Source of the DNA: Macrostomum lignano
Lineage: Eukaryota
Assembly (NCBI GenBank): GCA_002269645.1
Contig: NIVC01000067.1
Span: 496,001 to 560,000 of the forward strand
Length of the DNA: 64,000 nt
Direction: 5' to 3'
In this document: positions 51,702 to 64,000 of the stretch, in pieces
Numbering within the stretch: the stretch's first letter is position 1
How the letters are laid out: the number at the start of each line of letters is the position of its first letter
Made by a program: the position numbers and the translations under genes
The notes under the pieces: model-generated
What the model saw: the letters and a program-made list of their open reading frames with translations, nothing else
Databases searched by the model: none
What the model was told of the DNA's origin: nothing

Positions 51702-54700
51702 ATGCTCACTCCCAACTCTACCTTCGGCATGGCGGCCGCTGCGGCCAGCAACGCCAGCTCCTACCCTGCGGGCCTGAACTCCAGCCTGGACGCGAACACC
51801 ACCTACGACAACGGGACGACGGCGACGTCAGCGATGTCCATCGGGTTCCAGCCGAGATTTGGGCCGCTGCAGATTGTCTTGACCAGCCTGCTGCTGGGCA
51901 TCATGATCCTCTGCACCATTGTTGGCAACGTGTTTGTGGTGGCGGCCATCATCTTGGAGAGAAACTTGCAGGTGAGACCGGATTAGGGATCTGGGAGGCT
52001 GGCCCAGCAACTGAGGATCTGGGAGGCTGGCCCAGCAACTGAGGATCTGGGAGGCTGGCCCAGCAACTGAGGATCTGGGAGGCTGGCCCAGCAACTGAGG
52101 AGCTGGGAGGCTGGCCCAGCAACTGAGGATCTGGGAGGCTAGCCCAGCAACTGAGGAGCTGGGAGGCTGGCCCAGCAACTGAGGATCTGGGAGGCTGGGC
52201 AAGCAACTGAGGATCTGGGAGGCTGGGCAAGCAACTGAGGATCTGGGAGGCTGGGCAAGCAACTGAGGATCTGGGAGGCTGGGCAAGCAACTGAGGATCT
52301 GGGAGGCTGGGCAAGCAACTGAGGATCTGGGAGGCTGGGCAAGCAACTGAGGATCTGGGAGGCTGGGCAAGCAACTGAGGATCTGGGAGGCTGGGCAAGC
52401 AACTGACGATCTGGGAGGCTGGGCAAGCAACTGAGGATCTGGGAGGCTGGGCAAGCAACTGAGGATCTGGGAGGCTGGGCAAGCAACTGACGATCTGGGA
52501 GGCTGGGCAAGCAACTGAGGAGCTGAGAGGCTGCGGGGGCCAGAAACTGAGGATCTGGGAGGCTGGTGGCCCAGCAACTGGGGATCTTGCATGGCTGTCG
52601 GTTAGATATGGAAAAAGTGCAGTGAAACGTGCGGATCTGAAAGCAATCTGCAAAGAGATCAATACCAAGCGCTATTCAGCGTATTGAAGAAAAGTTTTTG
52701 TTTCTTTTACTTGACAAAAATCTACAAAGGCTCCCGCTAAAAACCCTACAAGCTCGCGATTCCACATGAGAACCGGGCGGCTAGGCCACCCCCCAGGTTT
52801 CCGGGTCACCGATCGGCTTCACAGAGAAAAGGAAGACAGACAAAGACAAACAGAACGAGGCGCGGCTGGGGACTGAGGATCAAAGCGGGATAGGGGGAAC
52901 TAAAAGCAAAATCTATTTGGCTGTAAAAAGGAGAAATTCGACAGCTTTTAGTGCAAATTAGCGGCGGAGGAAGAGGCGGGCCGGAATTGCAGGCAGGGAG
53001 ACAAGGTGAATGCAAAACAGGGGGCGGATCAAGCAGTCGTCATCATAGGCTATGCAGAACATTTTGTTGCTTTAAAAGCCTCCCAGATAAAAGACTCGAC
53101 CAATTCGAGACGAAGTGCCCCTTGGGATGAACTCCGGGGGTGGGGAGGGGAGGTGTGTAGCTTTGGCTGCTCAGTTGCTATGCAAGCCGGCTTACTTCAA
53201 AGGGGAAGCTACCTGAGCACAGCTGCTGCGCTACTTCTATATCTACCAAATATGAAAATCCGAATGCGGGTCATAAAACACTGCTCACTTCAGATAGGTC
53301 AGTCCCTGTTTATTGGTCGATTGAGTTCCATACATTGCTGCGAGTTAGTCCAGCTTTGAGTAGGGGTTCGAGAGCTAGGGAGATTAGTAGTCTCAGCGAC
53401 TAATGAGATTAGCGACACTTGAGCCGCGGAGTGAAGTCGCTGCTACACTTTTGAGTACGTTTTAGCCGGATACTATTGAATTTGCCCAGCGGTGCAAATG
53501 AGATATATCACTATGAGCGACTGAGTCTCTCTAGCTGATGTCTCACCGGTGTCTCAACCGATTCTCTCTAGCTGATGTCTCACCGGTGTCTCAACCGATT
53601 CTCTCTAGCTGATGTCTCACCGGTGTCTCAACCGATTCTCTCTAGCTGATGTCTCACCGGTGTCTCAACCGAGTCTCTCTAGCTGATGTCTCACCGGTGT
53701 CTCAACCGAGTCTCTCTAGCTGATGTCTCACCGGTGTCTCAACTGAGTCTCTCTAGCTGCCGTCCCACCGGTGTCTCAACCGAGTCTCTCTAGCTGTTGT
53801 CCCACCCCGGTGTCTCAACTGAGTCTCTCTATCTGATGTTCAACCGGTGTCTCAACTGAGTCTCTCTAGCTGATGTCTCACCGGTGTCTCAACCGAGTCT
53901 CTCTATCTGATGTCTCACCGGTGTCTCAACCGAGTCTCTCTAGCTGATGTCCAACCGGTGTCTCAACCGAGTCTCTCTAGCTGATGTCTCACCGGTGTCT
54001 CAACTGAGTCTCTCTAGCTGCTGTCCCACCGGTGTCTCAACCGAGTCTCTCTAGCTGATGTCCCACCCCGGTGTCTCAACTGAGTCTCTCTATCTGATGT
54101 TCAACCGGTGTCTCAACTGAGTCTCTCTAGCTGATGTCTCACCGGTGTCTCAACCGAGTCTCTCTAGCTGATGTCTCACCGGTGTCTCAACCGAGTCTCT
54201 CTAGCTGATGTCCAACCGGTGTCTCAACCGAGTCTCTCTAGCTGATGTCTAACCGGTGTCTCAACCGAGTCTCTATCTGATGTCCAACCGGTGTCTCAAC
54301 CGAGTCTCTCTAGCTGATGTCTCACCGGTGTCTCAACCGAGTCTCTCTAGCTGATGTCCAACCGGTGTCTCAACCGAGTCTCTCTAGCTGATGTCCCACC
54401 CCGGTGTCTCAACTGAGTCTCTCTATCTGATGTCCAAACGGTATCTCAACCCTGTCTCTATCTGATGTCCAACCGGTGTCTCAACTGAGTCTCTCTAGCT
54501 GATGTCCAACCGGTGTCTCAACTGAGTCTCTCTAGCTGATGTCTCACCGGTGTCTCAACTGAGTCTCTCTAGCTGATGTCTCACCGGTGTCTCAACCGAG
54601 TCTCTCTAGCTGATGTCCAACCGGTGTCTCAACCGAGTCTCTATCTGATGTCCAACCGGTGTTTCAACCGAGTCTCTCTAGCTGATGTCCAACCGGTGTC

Positions 54701-57700
54701 TCAACCGAGTCTCTATCTGATGTCCAACCGGTGTCTCAACCAAGTCTCTCTAGCTGATGTCCAACCGGTGTCTCAACCGAGTCTCTATCTGATGTCCAAC
54801 CGGTGTCTCAACCGAGTCTCTCTAGCTGATGTCCCACCCCGGTGTCTCAACTGAGTCTCTCTATCTGATGTCTAAACGGTATCTCAACCCTGTCTCTATC
54901 TGATGTCCAACCGGTGTCTCAACTGAGTCTCTCTATCTGATGTTCAACCGGTGTCTCAACCGAGTCTCTATCTGATGTCCCACCGGTGTCTCAACCGAGT
55001 CTCTATCTGATGTCCAACCGGTGTTTCAACCGAGTCTCTCTAGCTGATGTCCAACCGGTGTCTCAACCGAGTCTCTATCTGATGTCCAACCGGTGTCTCA
55101 ACCAAGTCTCTCTAGCTGATGTCCAACCGGTGTCTCAACCGAGTCTCTATCTGATGTCCAACCGGTGTCTCAACCGAGTCTCTCTAGCTGATGTCCCACC
55201 CCGGTGTCTCAACTGAGTCTCTCTATCTGATGTCTAAACGGTATCTCAACCCTGTCTCTATCTGATGTCCAACCGGTGTCTCAACTGAGTCTCTCTATCT
55301 GATGTTCAACCGGTGTCTCAACCGAGTCTCTATCTGATGTCCCACCGGTGTCTCAACCGAGTCTCTATCTGATGTCCAACCGGTGTCTCAACCGTGTTTC
55401 TATCTGATGTCCAACCGGTGTCTCAACCGAGTCTCTCTATCTGATGTTCAATCGGTGTCTCAACCGAGTCTCTATCTGATGTTCAATCGGTGTCTCAACT
55501 GAGTCTCTCTATCTGATGTTCAACCGGTGTCTCAACCGAGTCTCTATCTGATGTTCAATCGGTGTCTCAACCGTGTCTCTATCTGATGTCCAACCGGTGT
55601 CTCAACTGAGTCTCTCTATCTGATGTTCAATCGGTGTCTCAACCGTGTCTCTATCTGATGTCCAACCGGTGTCTCAACTGAGTCTCTCTATCTGATGTCC
55701 AACCGGTGTCTCAACCGTGTCTCTATCTGATGTCCCACCGGTGTCTCAACTGAGTCTCTCTATCTGATGTTCAACCGGTGTCTCAACCGAGTCTCTATCT
55801 GATGTCTAACCGGTGTCTCAACCGAGTCTCTCTAGCTGATGTCCTACCGGTGTCTCAACCGAGTCTCTATCTGATTTCCCACCGGTGTCTCAACCGAGTC
55901 TCTGTCTGATGTCCCACCGGTGTCTCAACCGATGAACTCAGACAGCAGTGGCTATTCGAACTCAAGCTGGCCTCAACTATGATACACAATTAAGCATGAG
56001 TTGCGGCATTTTCCCACCAACCGAGTTAGTTTTGAGAGAAGAAGCGAATTGGCAGTTCAAGAAAATTATCCTGCCCCCAGCATTGGAATTTTCTGTCAGC
56101 TAAATATTAATAAACCCCTTGGGGTGCCGAATGGAGAAAAGTGTTCGCAACTGTGTCCCGGAAAATTCACAAGCAGTTTTGCACCAGCTGATTACTAATC
56201 GGTTGGCAATAGTTCGTGCCTAAGATGCCACATCAGCCCCAGGGGCAACTGGGAGGGGGGGGGGGAGAAGGGAGATGTGGGAAAACGACGGCCGACCTGC
56301 AGCCTGGCTCGGGTCCCGGCCTGGCCTCTCCAGATGGCCGGATGGCCGGCGGACATGCTGGCTGGTGCATTTGCCACGCAGATGCACCCAGCCAGCGAGG
56401 CTTGATTGACACCGGCCCGTCTGCTTGCAGGAGCAGCTTAATTATATTAAATTATCTTCCTGCGGTGCCAGACCATTCATTGTTCATCAATTTTGCCAGC
56501 CCTTTCTATAGCATGGGAGGGTGGTACTCAGAGAGTACTCATCGATGCCAAACCGGTCCATCTTGATTAATTAATATCGGGAGCTGAGGTGCAGCATCCA
56601 GGATGATGCGAATTCGCGTCCGGAAATTGTCTAATTGCCGAATTACGAAACCGCAAACCAAACAGAGAGTTGTAGGCAAACTTAGTCACCTGCCTACCTC
56701 TGCCTCTCCATCTCGATAGAAGGGATTTTCCCTGATTAGCATCCTAAACTCCAATCCAAGAGACAGTGGCGCCTCACTAAGAGACAGTGGCGCCTCACTA
56801 AGAGACAGTGGCGCCTCACTAAGAGACAGTGGCGCCTCACTAAGAGACAGTGGCGCCTCACTAAGAGACAGTGGCGCCTCACTAAGAGACAGTTAAGAGA
56901 CAGTGGCGCCTCACTAAGAGACAGTGGCGCCTCACTAAGAGACAGTGGCGCCTCACTAAGAGACAGTGGCGCCTCACTAAGAGACAGTGGCGCCTCACTA
57001 AGAGACAGTGGCGCCTCACTAAGAGACAGTGGCGCCCCACTAAGAGACAGTGGCGCCTCACTAAGAGACAGTGGCGCCCCACTAAGAGACAGTGGCGCCT
57101 CACTAAGAGACAGTGGCGCCTCACCAAGAGACAGTGGCGCCCCACCAAGAGACAGTGGCGCCTCACTAAGAGACAGTGGCGCCCCACCAAGAGACAGTGG
57201 CGCCCCACCAAGAGACAGTGGCGCCCCACCAAGAGACAGTGGCGCCCCACCAAGAGACAGTGGCGCCCCACCAAGAGACAGGCGCGGGCACCAAGTTAAG
57301 TTTCACTGGCGCTCCTCAGGGCTGCGGCCCCTTCCAGTTAAAAGTGAACTGTATGCTCGTAGCACGTAGTCCGGCCCATCAAGCGCAAGGGCTTCAGGAA
57401 CCAGCGGACGCAGAAATCAAATCTATAGTCGATCGATCTCACAGGGTGTACAGAGGCCCAGACTTTCACATCTTTAGGCAGTGGAACTGAATGCAGACCT
57501 TCTCCCTTCTTACACCTAAGCTACCTGGATAAAGTTTTACATTAATTTTGCAGAGCGTGTCGAACTACCTGATCCTGAGCCTGGCTGTCGCCGACCTGAT
57601 GGTGGCCACCCTGGTGATGCCCATCTGCGCCCTGAAGGAGATGTCCAAAGTCTGGTGGCTCGGTAAGATGTTAATTCGCTTGAATACTGAGTTGCTCACT

Positions 57701-60700
57701 GCTTAACCGTAGTCTCAAACTGAGTCACTAACTGCTCTATCAGTCTCAAACTGAGTCACTCACTGATCTATCAGTCTCAAACTGAGTCACTTACTGCTCT
57801 ATCAGTCTCAAACTGAGTCACTAACTGCTCTATCAGTCTCAAACTGAGTCACTAACTGCTCTATCAGTCTCAAACTGAGTCACTTACTGCTCTATCAGTC
57901 TCAAACTGAGTCACTTACTGCTCTATCAGTCTCAAACTGAGTCACTAACTGCTCTATCAGTCTCAAACTGAGTCACTAACTGCTCTATCAGTCTCAAACT
58001 GAGTCACTTACTGCTCTATCAGTCTCAAACTGAGTCACTAACTGCTCTATCAGTCTCAAACTGAGTCACTCACTGATCTATCAGTCTCAAACTGAGTCAC
58101 TAACTGCTCTATCAGTCTCAAACTGAGTCACTCACTGCTCTATCAGTCTTAAACTGAGTCACTAACTGCTCTATCAGTCTCAAACTGAGTCACTCACTGC
58201 TCTATCAGTCTCAAACTGAGTCAGTCACATCACAAGGCAATTTTCATTCAGTACTGTTATTGGGTCGAATCTGTCCAATGCCTGGATGCAGGGTCCATCA
58301 CCACTCAATCGATTTTCACCAACACTGTTAGGCGCCTCAAGTGCTTTTCCTTGTCAGTCAGCCTAGCACCGCGTCATTTATTAGCGTCAGCGTATTCGGT
58401 GTAAAACAAGGCGAAAGTACCAGCTATATAGACAGCGGAACACCATCGCAACGCAGCCAGGCCTCGTCATCATCAGTCGGAATTTCCACCCCATACCTCT
58501 CCCTCAACCCCCTCTCTCCCTCTCGCCTGTTTCCTTACTAATTCTTTTCAAGCATCGCCAGTCGCGTTGGCGGGGACGCCCAGACGTAAAAAATAGCTGG
58601 CGTTGGAGGCGGCGATGGAGAGCGGCGCATGCAGGCAGCGTCAGGTCGCCCGCTACACCGCCGGCCAGACCAAATAGGGAAGGGGCGACCGGGACAACAA
58701 CGGGAGGGCAAGAAGACTAAAGCTGGGACACACAAGAAGGAGCGTCTCCGGTCGCTGTTCTCCCCTTTTCAAAGCTGTCGGGGCCTCCTGCAAGCTGTGC
58801 CAGCAAAAATATCTGGCGTAGTCCAGCAGAGGGAAAGAAAGAATTAGGCTATATAAACGCGTTTCCTGATCCTCCCAGCCCAGGGGGATCAGCTTTCGCT
58901 TTGGTTTGTTCCCTGTTTCCTAACCCGTTTCGCCAAGCCTTTACATCCGGACTGGAGTAGCTTTAATCCCCGATCCCACCTATCCCTGATGCCGTGTCGG
59001 ACCGAGGCGGCCTTTGGGACAAAAAAGTTTAGCCAAGGGGGGCTGAATTAGACCAAGCCGAGAGGGTAGTGGGTGCTGGGTATAAGCTGGAATAACAGGA
59101 GGGGAAAGGGGGATCGAGAGATGAGGCTTCAAAAGCGGCTGGAATGCGACGGTTGGACACAGGAGGACCTGCGCAGACTGGGAAGCGATGGGACCAGCTG
59201 ATTGAACTCCGTCAGTTGATCTGCTGGCCGTGGGGGGGGGGTAAATCAGACGCCTTGGGCTGTCACTGACCAGGCAGTGGCTTGCGCGCACTTATAAAAT
59301 TATATTTAATTTATATTTAACTACAATCCAATTAAAGAGCAGCCGGCAGTGGGGGGGACAGATGGCAATAATAGTCTGCTGAATGAGGCCACGGTAGTTA
59401 AAGCGAACTATTGGATTGAAATGCAAATGAATAGGAGACCGTATTTCCATATAAATACTAGCATCGTTATGATACATTTCTAGCTGCGCAGAAACTCAAG
59501 TGTTCCGATAATCCTTTCCTCCCTTATTTCCAGACTTACGAGCGTTATGGCTAAGCATGGCAAAAGAGGCTTGCCGCTGTTGCCTGTTATGCAGGAAAAT
59601 GCGCAAAATAATTTGAAATTTGATCTTATTTACGATGCTTATGGGGAAGCAACGGGCTTAAAAAATTTTTTAATAAGTTTAAAAGTCGTTATAAAAACAA
59701 AAATTTATTAACCTGGCCCTTATGGTTTTATAAGTACACAGACAGGCACAGGGCAGAGTGGCGGGGTGAGGACTGGTACTGGCAGATTGGCGGGGTGGGG
59801 ACTGGCACTGGCAGAGTGGCGGGGTGGGGACTGGCACTGCAGAGTGGCGGGGTGGGGACTGGCACTGGCAGAGTGGCGGGGGTGAGGACTGGCACAGACA
59901 GAGTGGCGGGGGTGGGGATTGGTACTGGCAGAGTGGCGGGGGTGGGGATTGGTACTGGCAGAGTGGCGGGGGTGGGGACTGGCACTGGCAGAGTGGCGGG
60001 TGGGGACTGGTAATGGCAGAATGGCGGGGTGGGGACTGGCACAGGCAGAGTGGCGGGGGTGGGGACTGGCACAGGCAGAGTGGCGGGGGTGGGGATTGGT
60101 ACTGGCAGAGTGGCGGGGGTGAGGACTGGCCCTGGCAGAGTGGCGGGGTGGGGACTGGCACAGAAAGAGTGGCGGGGGTGAGGGCTGGCGCTGGCAGAGA
60201 GGCATTACAGCAACAAATGTGGGCACAGTAAAACGAGCAGCGGTTTAAATATTCTTAAGCCATTTTTAGCCGAAAATTGCAGGTATAAAGCACTAATAAA
60301 TCGGCCCTACTCTACAGGTGTGCACCTGTGCGACCTGTGGACCTGCCTAGACGTGCTGTGCTGCACAGCTTCGATCCTGCACCTGGTTGGCATAGCGGTT
60401 GATCGCTACTGGGCCGTCACCAACATCAACTACATCAGAGCCCGCACCGGACGCCGCATCGGCCTGATGATCGCCGCCATTTGGATCATCAGCGCCGCGA
60501 TCAGCGCCCCGGCGCGCTTCTGGCGCATGAGGAAAAAGCCGGACGAGTGTCGCATCAACGAATCGCCAGCTTACACCGTATTCTCAACTGTTGGCGCCTT
60601 CTACCTGCCCATGCTGTTCATGATCGGCATCTACCTGAGAATTTATCACGCCGCTCGCAAACGAATTCGTCGGAAAGCGTTCAAGCCAAGCCAGCCGGCG

Positions 60701-61237
60701 GCTTCGGCCGCGGCAACTGCCGCTGCGACGGCGCAGCAGCAGCAGGAGCAGCAGGCAGCGAAAAAATCCACATCTGATTCCGACCACACGCCGGAAGTGT
60801 CCAGTGGCGCAGGTCCCTGTCAAACGACGTCATTTAGCGCTACTGCTAAAAAGCTGAACTCAAAGCAGAAAAAACAGCAGCAGAAACAGCTACAACAAAA
60901 CGGTCGAGCAGAAGCTCAGGAGCGCCTCACCATCCAGTCCAAAGCGGCTATGCAGCGCGAGAGGCTGGAACAGAAACGAGAAAGGAAGGCAGCAAGAACC
61001 CTGGCGATAATTACAGGCTGCTTTCTGTTCTGCTGGTTCCCCTTCTTCGTTCGAGCCATAGTCTGTCCCTTCTATTCGCCGCTGTGCACCGACCTCATCT
61101 CCGAGACTGGGCACTCGTTGATCCAGTGGTTGGGCTACACAAACAGCCTGCTCAATCCAGTGATCTACACCATCTTCTCGCCGGACTTTCGCAGCGCATT
61201 TAGCAAGATCCTGTTCGGACGTTACCGACAAAGGTGA
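51702..61237 (+). CDS. Serotonin receptor, 5-HT1-like (class A GPCR)
   Basis: Exons 51702-51971, 57554-57662, 60318-61237 (phases 0, 1). GNVFVVAAI, LAVADLMV, LDVLCCTASILHL (D3.32), DRY, STVGAFYLP, ERKAARTL, CWFPFF, NSLLNPVIY. Confidence 0.95.
51985..52590. repeat. 28-bp minisatellite (AACTGAGGATCTGGGAGGCTGGSCMAGC) at start of 5-HT receptor intron 1
   Basis: Direct; first copies identical to the 48418-48738 unit. Confidence 0.97.
53517..55932. repeat. ~36-38 bp minisatellite (CTCTCTAGCTGATGTCYMACCGGTGTCTCAACCGAGT) with higher-order duplication
   Basis: Direct; near-identical blocks offset by ~362 bp (ORF ends 54854 and 55216). Confidence 0.97.
56758..57280. repeat. 21-bp minisatellite (AAGAGACAGTGGCGCCYCACY)
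   Basis: Direct. Confidence 0.97.
57710..58225. repeat. 31-bp minisatellite (CAGTCTCAAACTGAGTCACTHACTGCTCTAT)
   Basis: Direct; starts ~50 nt after the exon 2 donor. Confidence 0.97.
59740..60200. repeat. ~30-bp G-rich minisatellite (GGCAGAGTGGCGGGGGTGGGGACTGGCACT)
   Basis: Direct. Confidence 0.95.
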
Positions 61238-61668
61238 CTCGTCGGTTTGACAAGGTCCTGTTGTTAGTTTTGTACCTACGAGGGTAACCGTAACTGATTG
61301 AGCAAGATCCTGTTCGTTTTGTACCGACGAGGGTAACCGTAACTGATTGAGCAAGATCCTGTTCGATTGGTACCGATGAGGGCGATGTGATTGAGCAAGA
61401 TCCTGTCCGATTGGTACTGATGAGGGTGATGTGACTGAGCAAGATCCTGTCCGATTGGTACTGATGAGGGTGATGTGATTGAGCAAGATCCTGTCCGATT
61501 GGTACTGATGAGGGTGATGTGATTGAGCAAGATCTTGTTCGATTGGTACTGATGAGGGTGATGTGATTGAGCAAGATCTTGTTCGATTGGTACTGATGAG
61601 GGTGATGTGACTGAGCAAGATCCTGTTCGATTGGTACTGATGAGATTGATGTAATTGAGCAAGATCCT
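61202..61668. repeat. ~44-49 bp minisatellite seeded by the 5-HT receptor CDS end (GAGCAAGATCCTGTTCGATTGGTACTGATGAGGGTGATGTGATT)
   Basis: First unit is AGCAAGATCCTGTTCGGACGTTACCGACAAAGGTGA (last codons plus stop). Confidence 0.93.
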
Positions 61669-63465
61669 TGATACTTCTCGCACGACGATTGAGTGACGTG
61701 CATATGTAAAAAAATAAAGTAGATCCAGCTCTACTCGTAACTCTATTTCTGAAAAAAACTCTCTCATTGCCAGACGATATATACTGAATGTCTATATATT
61801 CTATTTTTTCTGTTGAAATAAAATAAAAAATACAGTGCACCCAGTCTGCTCTACTGCCGAAAGCTTCTTTGATGCCATCCAAGCGTGGCCACTTTCGGCT
61901 TGCGTAAATTTCAAGCCGGTAAAGCCGCTCTCAGCAACATGCAGCTTTGACATTTCCATTCGCCTCGTTTTAGTTTTTACCTTTTTTCCTTTAAAATGGC
62001 AGCGCTTCTACCAGCGTCTTCCTAGCGACCTCCTCTGCTATCCCTTTCCCTCCAAGCACGCGATCGGTCTGACAAATATAGTATGCAAAAGGGCGCACAG
62101 CTTCTACCAGACGAACGAAAAAAGTGGCTCAATAATGTTTTAAGGTAAAGACCCTAGAACGGGCTCCCCTCCCTGATTAAGCTAATAAGGAAGGCTAATT
62201 AAGCTAATAGTCTACGAGCTATTGGTGAAAAACTCCGACGGGTAACCGTGGAACTCGAAGCGCATTGACTACGAGCATACAGGCTACAAGCTAATAACTC
62301 TCTCTGGCATTGACTTGCCGTATGTGTTGTCTGCAGCAGCTGGCTCCTGCCGTGCGCTCACACTTTCTAATGGTGCACACGGTTGGTCTGCGTGTGCGTA
62401 TTAACATTGCCCAATTTTATCGCCCCGTATCCATGCACACTATCCATGTTTACGCGCGTAAGGAACACAACAAGTCACGAAGCATGCAGCTGTCTTTTTG
62501 CGCGCCTGTCGAGAGATCACCCGGAAAAGGGAAGAGGCAAGATGTAGGTTGTACGAGGTCGTAAAGAAAGTTTTTATTCGGGCCCGCCCGCAAGGCGAGG
62601 ACTCCCTCCAGGCAGAGAGACCCAGCTGCGGGACAGCGGCGGAGCAAAAGTTGCATTTCCTTCTCCTAGAAGAAGTTTCCTTAAGTAATTAATGCGTTGG
62701 GACAAGTGGGCCGGCTGTCCAACGCGAGATGCCTATCAGAGACGAGAGCTGCGGAGAGACTTGTCTTGTTGTTTCGCGGCTCTACGAATCGTCCGCAATC
62801 AGTCATCCAAGAGGTTGCGAGTGACTGATCGAGAGTCTCCGGGGGCGGACGGGATGGGGACACATTCTGACCACTGCGTTCTGGACCTCAATGCCAGCAG
62901 CTGAGACAGCAAGGATGAAGGAGTGAGTAGAGGCCGGATGCAGAGATGTTATTAGAGAGAGAAAGAGAAGAGTTGAAGACATAAGAGAAATCGAAAGATG
63001 AATGCAGCTGGAAGGGAGTCGAGGAGCTGATGGGGAAAGGAGTGGAGAAAATGGCAGAGAAAGGAAACAGAAAGGAGATTAGTGAAGAAAATGGAAGTGG
63101 AATGGTGACATCACTGACTGATCGCTCACTAATTAAGGCTGATTCACGCTGTCATCAAATCACACGACCGATTTATAAAGGAATGACGGTATGATCACAC
63201 GAACTTTGGCCTTACTTGATGGCGGTGTGGACGAGCTTTAACCAGTTATGAAATTCGCATGGATTTGTTTTACTCTCAGAGACTGACGCTGAGGCGCAGA
63301 GAGTCTGATAGGGTTCTGCTAGGGGACTCGATCTGCTGGCAGTCGAATAACCAGGCAAACATGCTGGGCAAAAGTTTGCCAGAGGTGGAGCTATAGATGG
63401 AGAGTGAATCAGGTTCGAACCACGCGGACCATCCTGCAGCGAGTGAGGAATCCTCATTTCTCTCC

Positions 63466-63645
<180 letters not shown>

Positions 63646-63855
63646 TTCATCATATTTGTCGACGCCAATTTCCAGCGCCAATGAAGTAGGCCTATGTTCG
63701 GCAATATTGCCGAAATGCGATATCTGCTGCTTGGCTGGGCGTGTCTGCGGGGTGGATGGTGGGGCGCCCCTGCACTTCTCAGCGCCTCATCTGGGCGCTA
63801 ATTGAGCCCGCAAATGAGGTGGAACTGGTTGGCCCCGGCACTGTTGGAGCTGGGG

Positions 63856-63990
63856 GTTGAGACCAGGGACACCTAAATAACTAAAACTGGACTGGAGCTG
63901 GTTGAGACCCAGGGACACCTAAATAACTAAAACGGGACTGGAGCTGGTGATTGAGACCAGGGACACCTAAATAACTAAACTAGACTGGAG
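63856..63990. repeat. ~47-bp repeat (GAGACCAGGGACACCTAAATAACTAAA...), 3 copies at window end
   Basis: Direct. Confidence 0.85.
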
Positions 63991-64000
63991 GTTAAGACAA

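Noticed and set aside
61380-61660. CTGATGA in the 44-bp repeat as a hammerhead core
   Set aside because: No downstream GAAA or stem II; the unit derives from the receptor CDS end.
62543-62864. Solo LTR on the minus strand (TGTG...AATAAA...TACA)
   Set aside because: No matching 4-6 bp TSD, no PBS/PPT and no second copy in the window.

Overview
Eukaryotic (animal) genomic DNA with short GT-AG introns. By my tally, roughly 20 kb of the 64 kb is tandem repeat. The style suggests a free-living flatworm such as Macrostomum (inference only). Spliced + strand genes: the last exon of a divergent Wnt-like gene (2541-2776), a 4-EF-hand calmodulin-like gene (15171-18190), an NPY/NPF precursor (30077-30522), a highly divergent ionotropic glutamate receptor/IR-like channel (38297 to at least 48376) and a 5-HT1-like serotonin GPCR (51702-61237). 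Mobile DNA: a full-length but lesioned LOA-like LINE with a 13-bp TSD (22143-28036), a second 5'-truncated LINE of the same type nested inside an RTE-like remnant (4226-6137), a Ty3/Gypsy integrase fragment, a CORE-type SINE and a dispersed tRNA-derived SINE family. Top finding: the first ~210 nt of the full-length LINE can be folded by eye into a CPEB3/HDV-like self-cleaving ribozyme whose predicted cut site (5' of G22143) falls exactly at the TSD-defined element boundary. A second theme is that many minisatellites are visibly seeded from the adjacent unique sequence (a CDS end, a splice donor, a SINE A-box). All assignments are by eye; no database search or folding was run.
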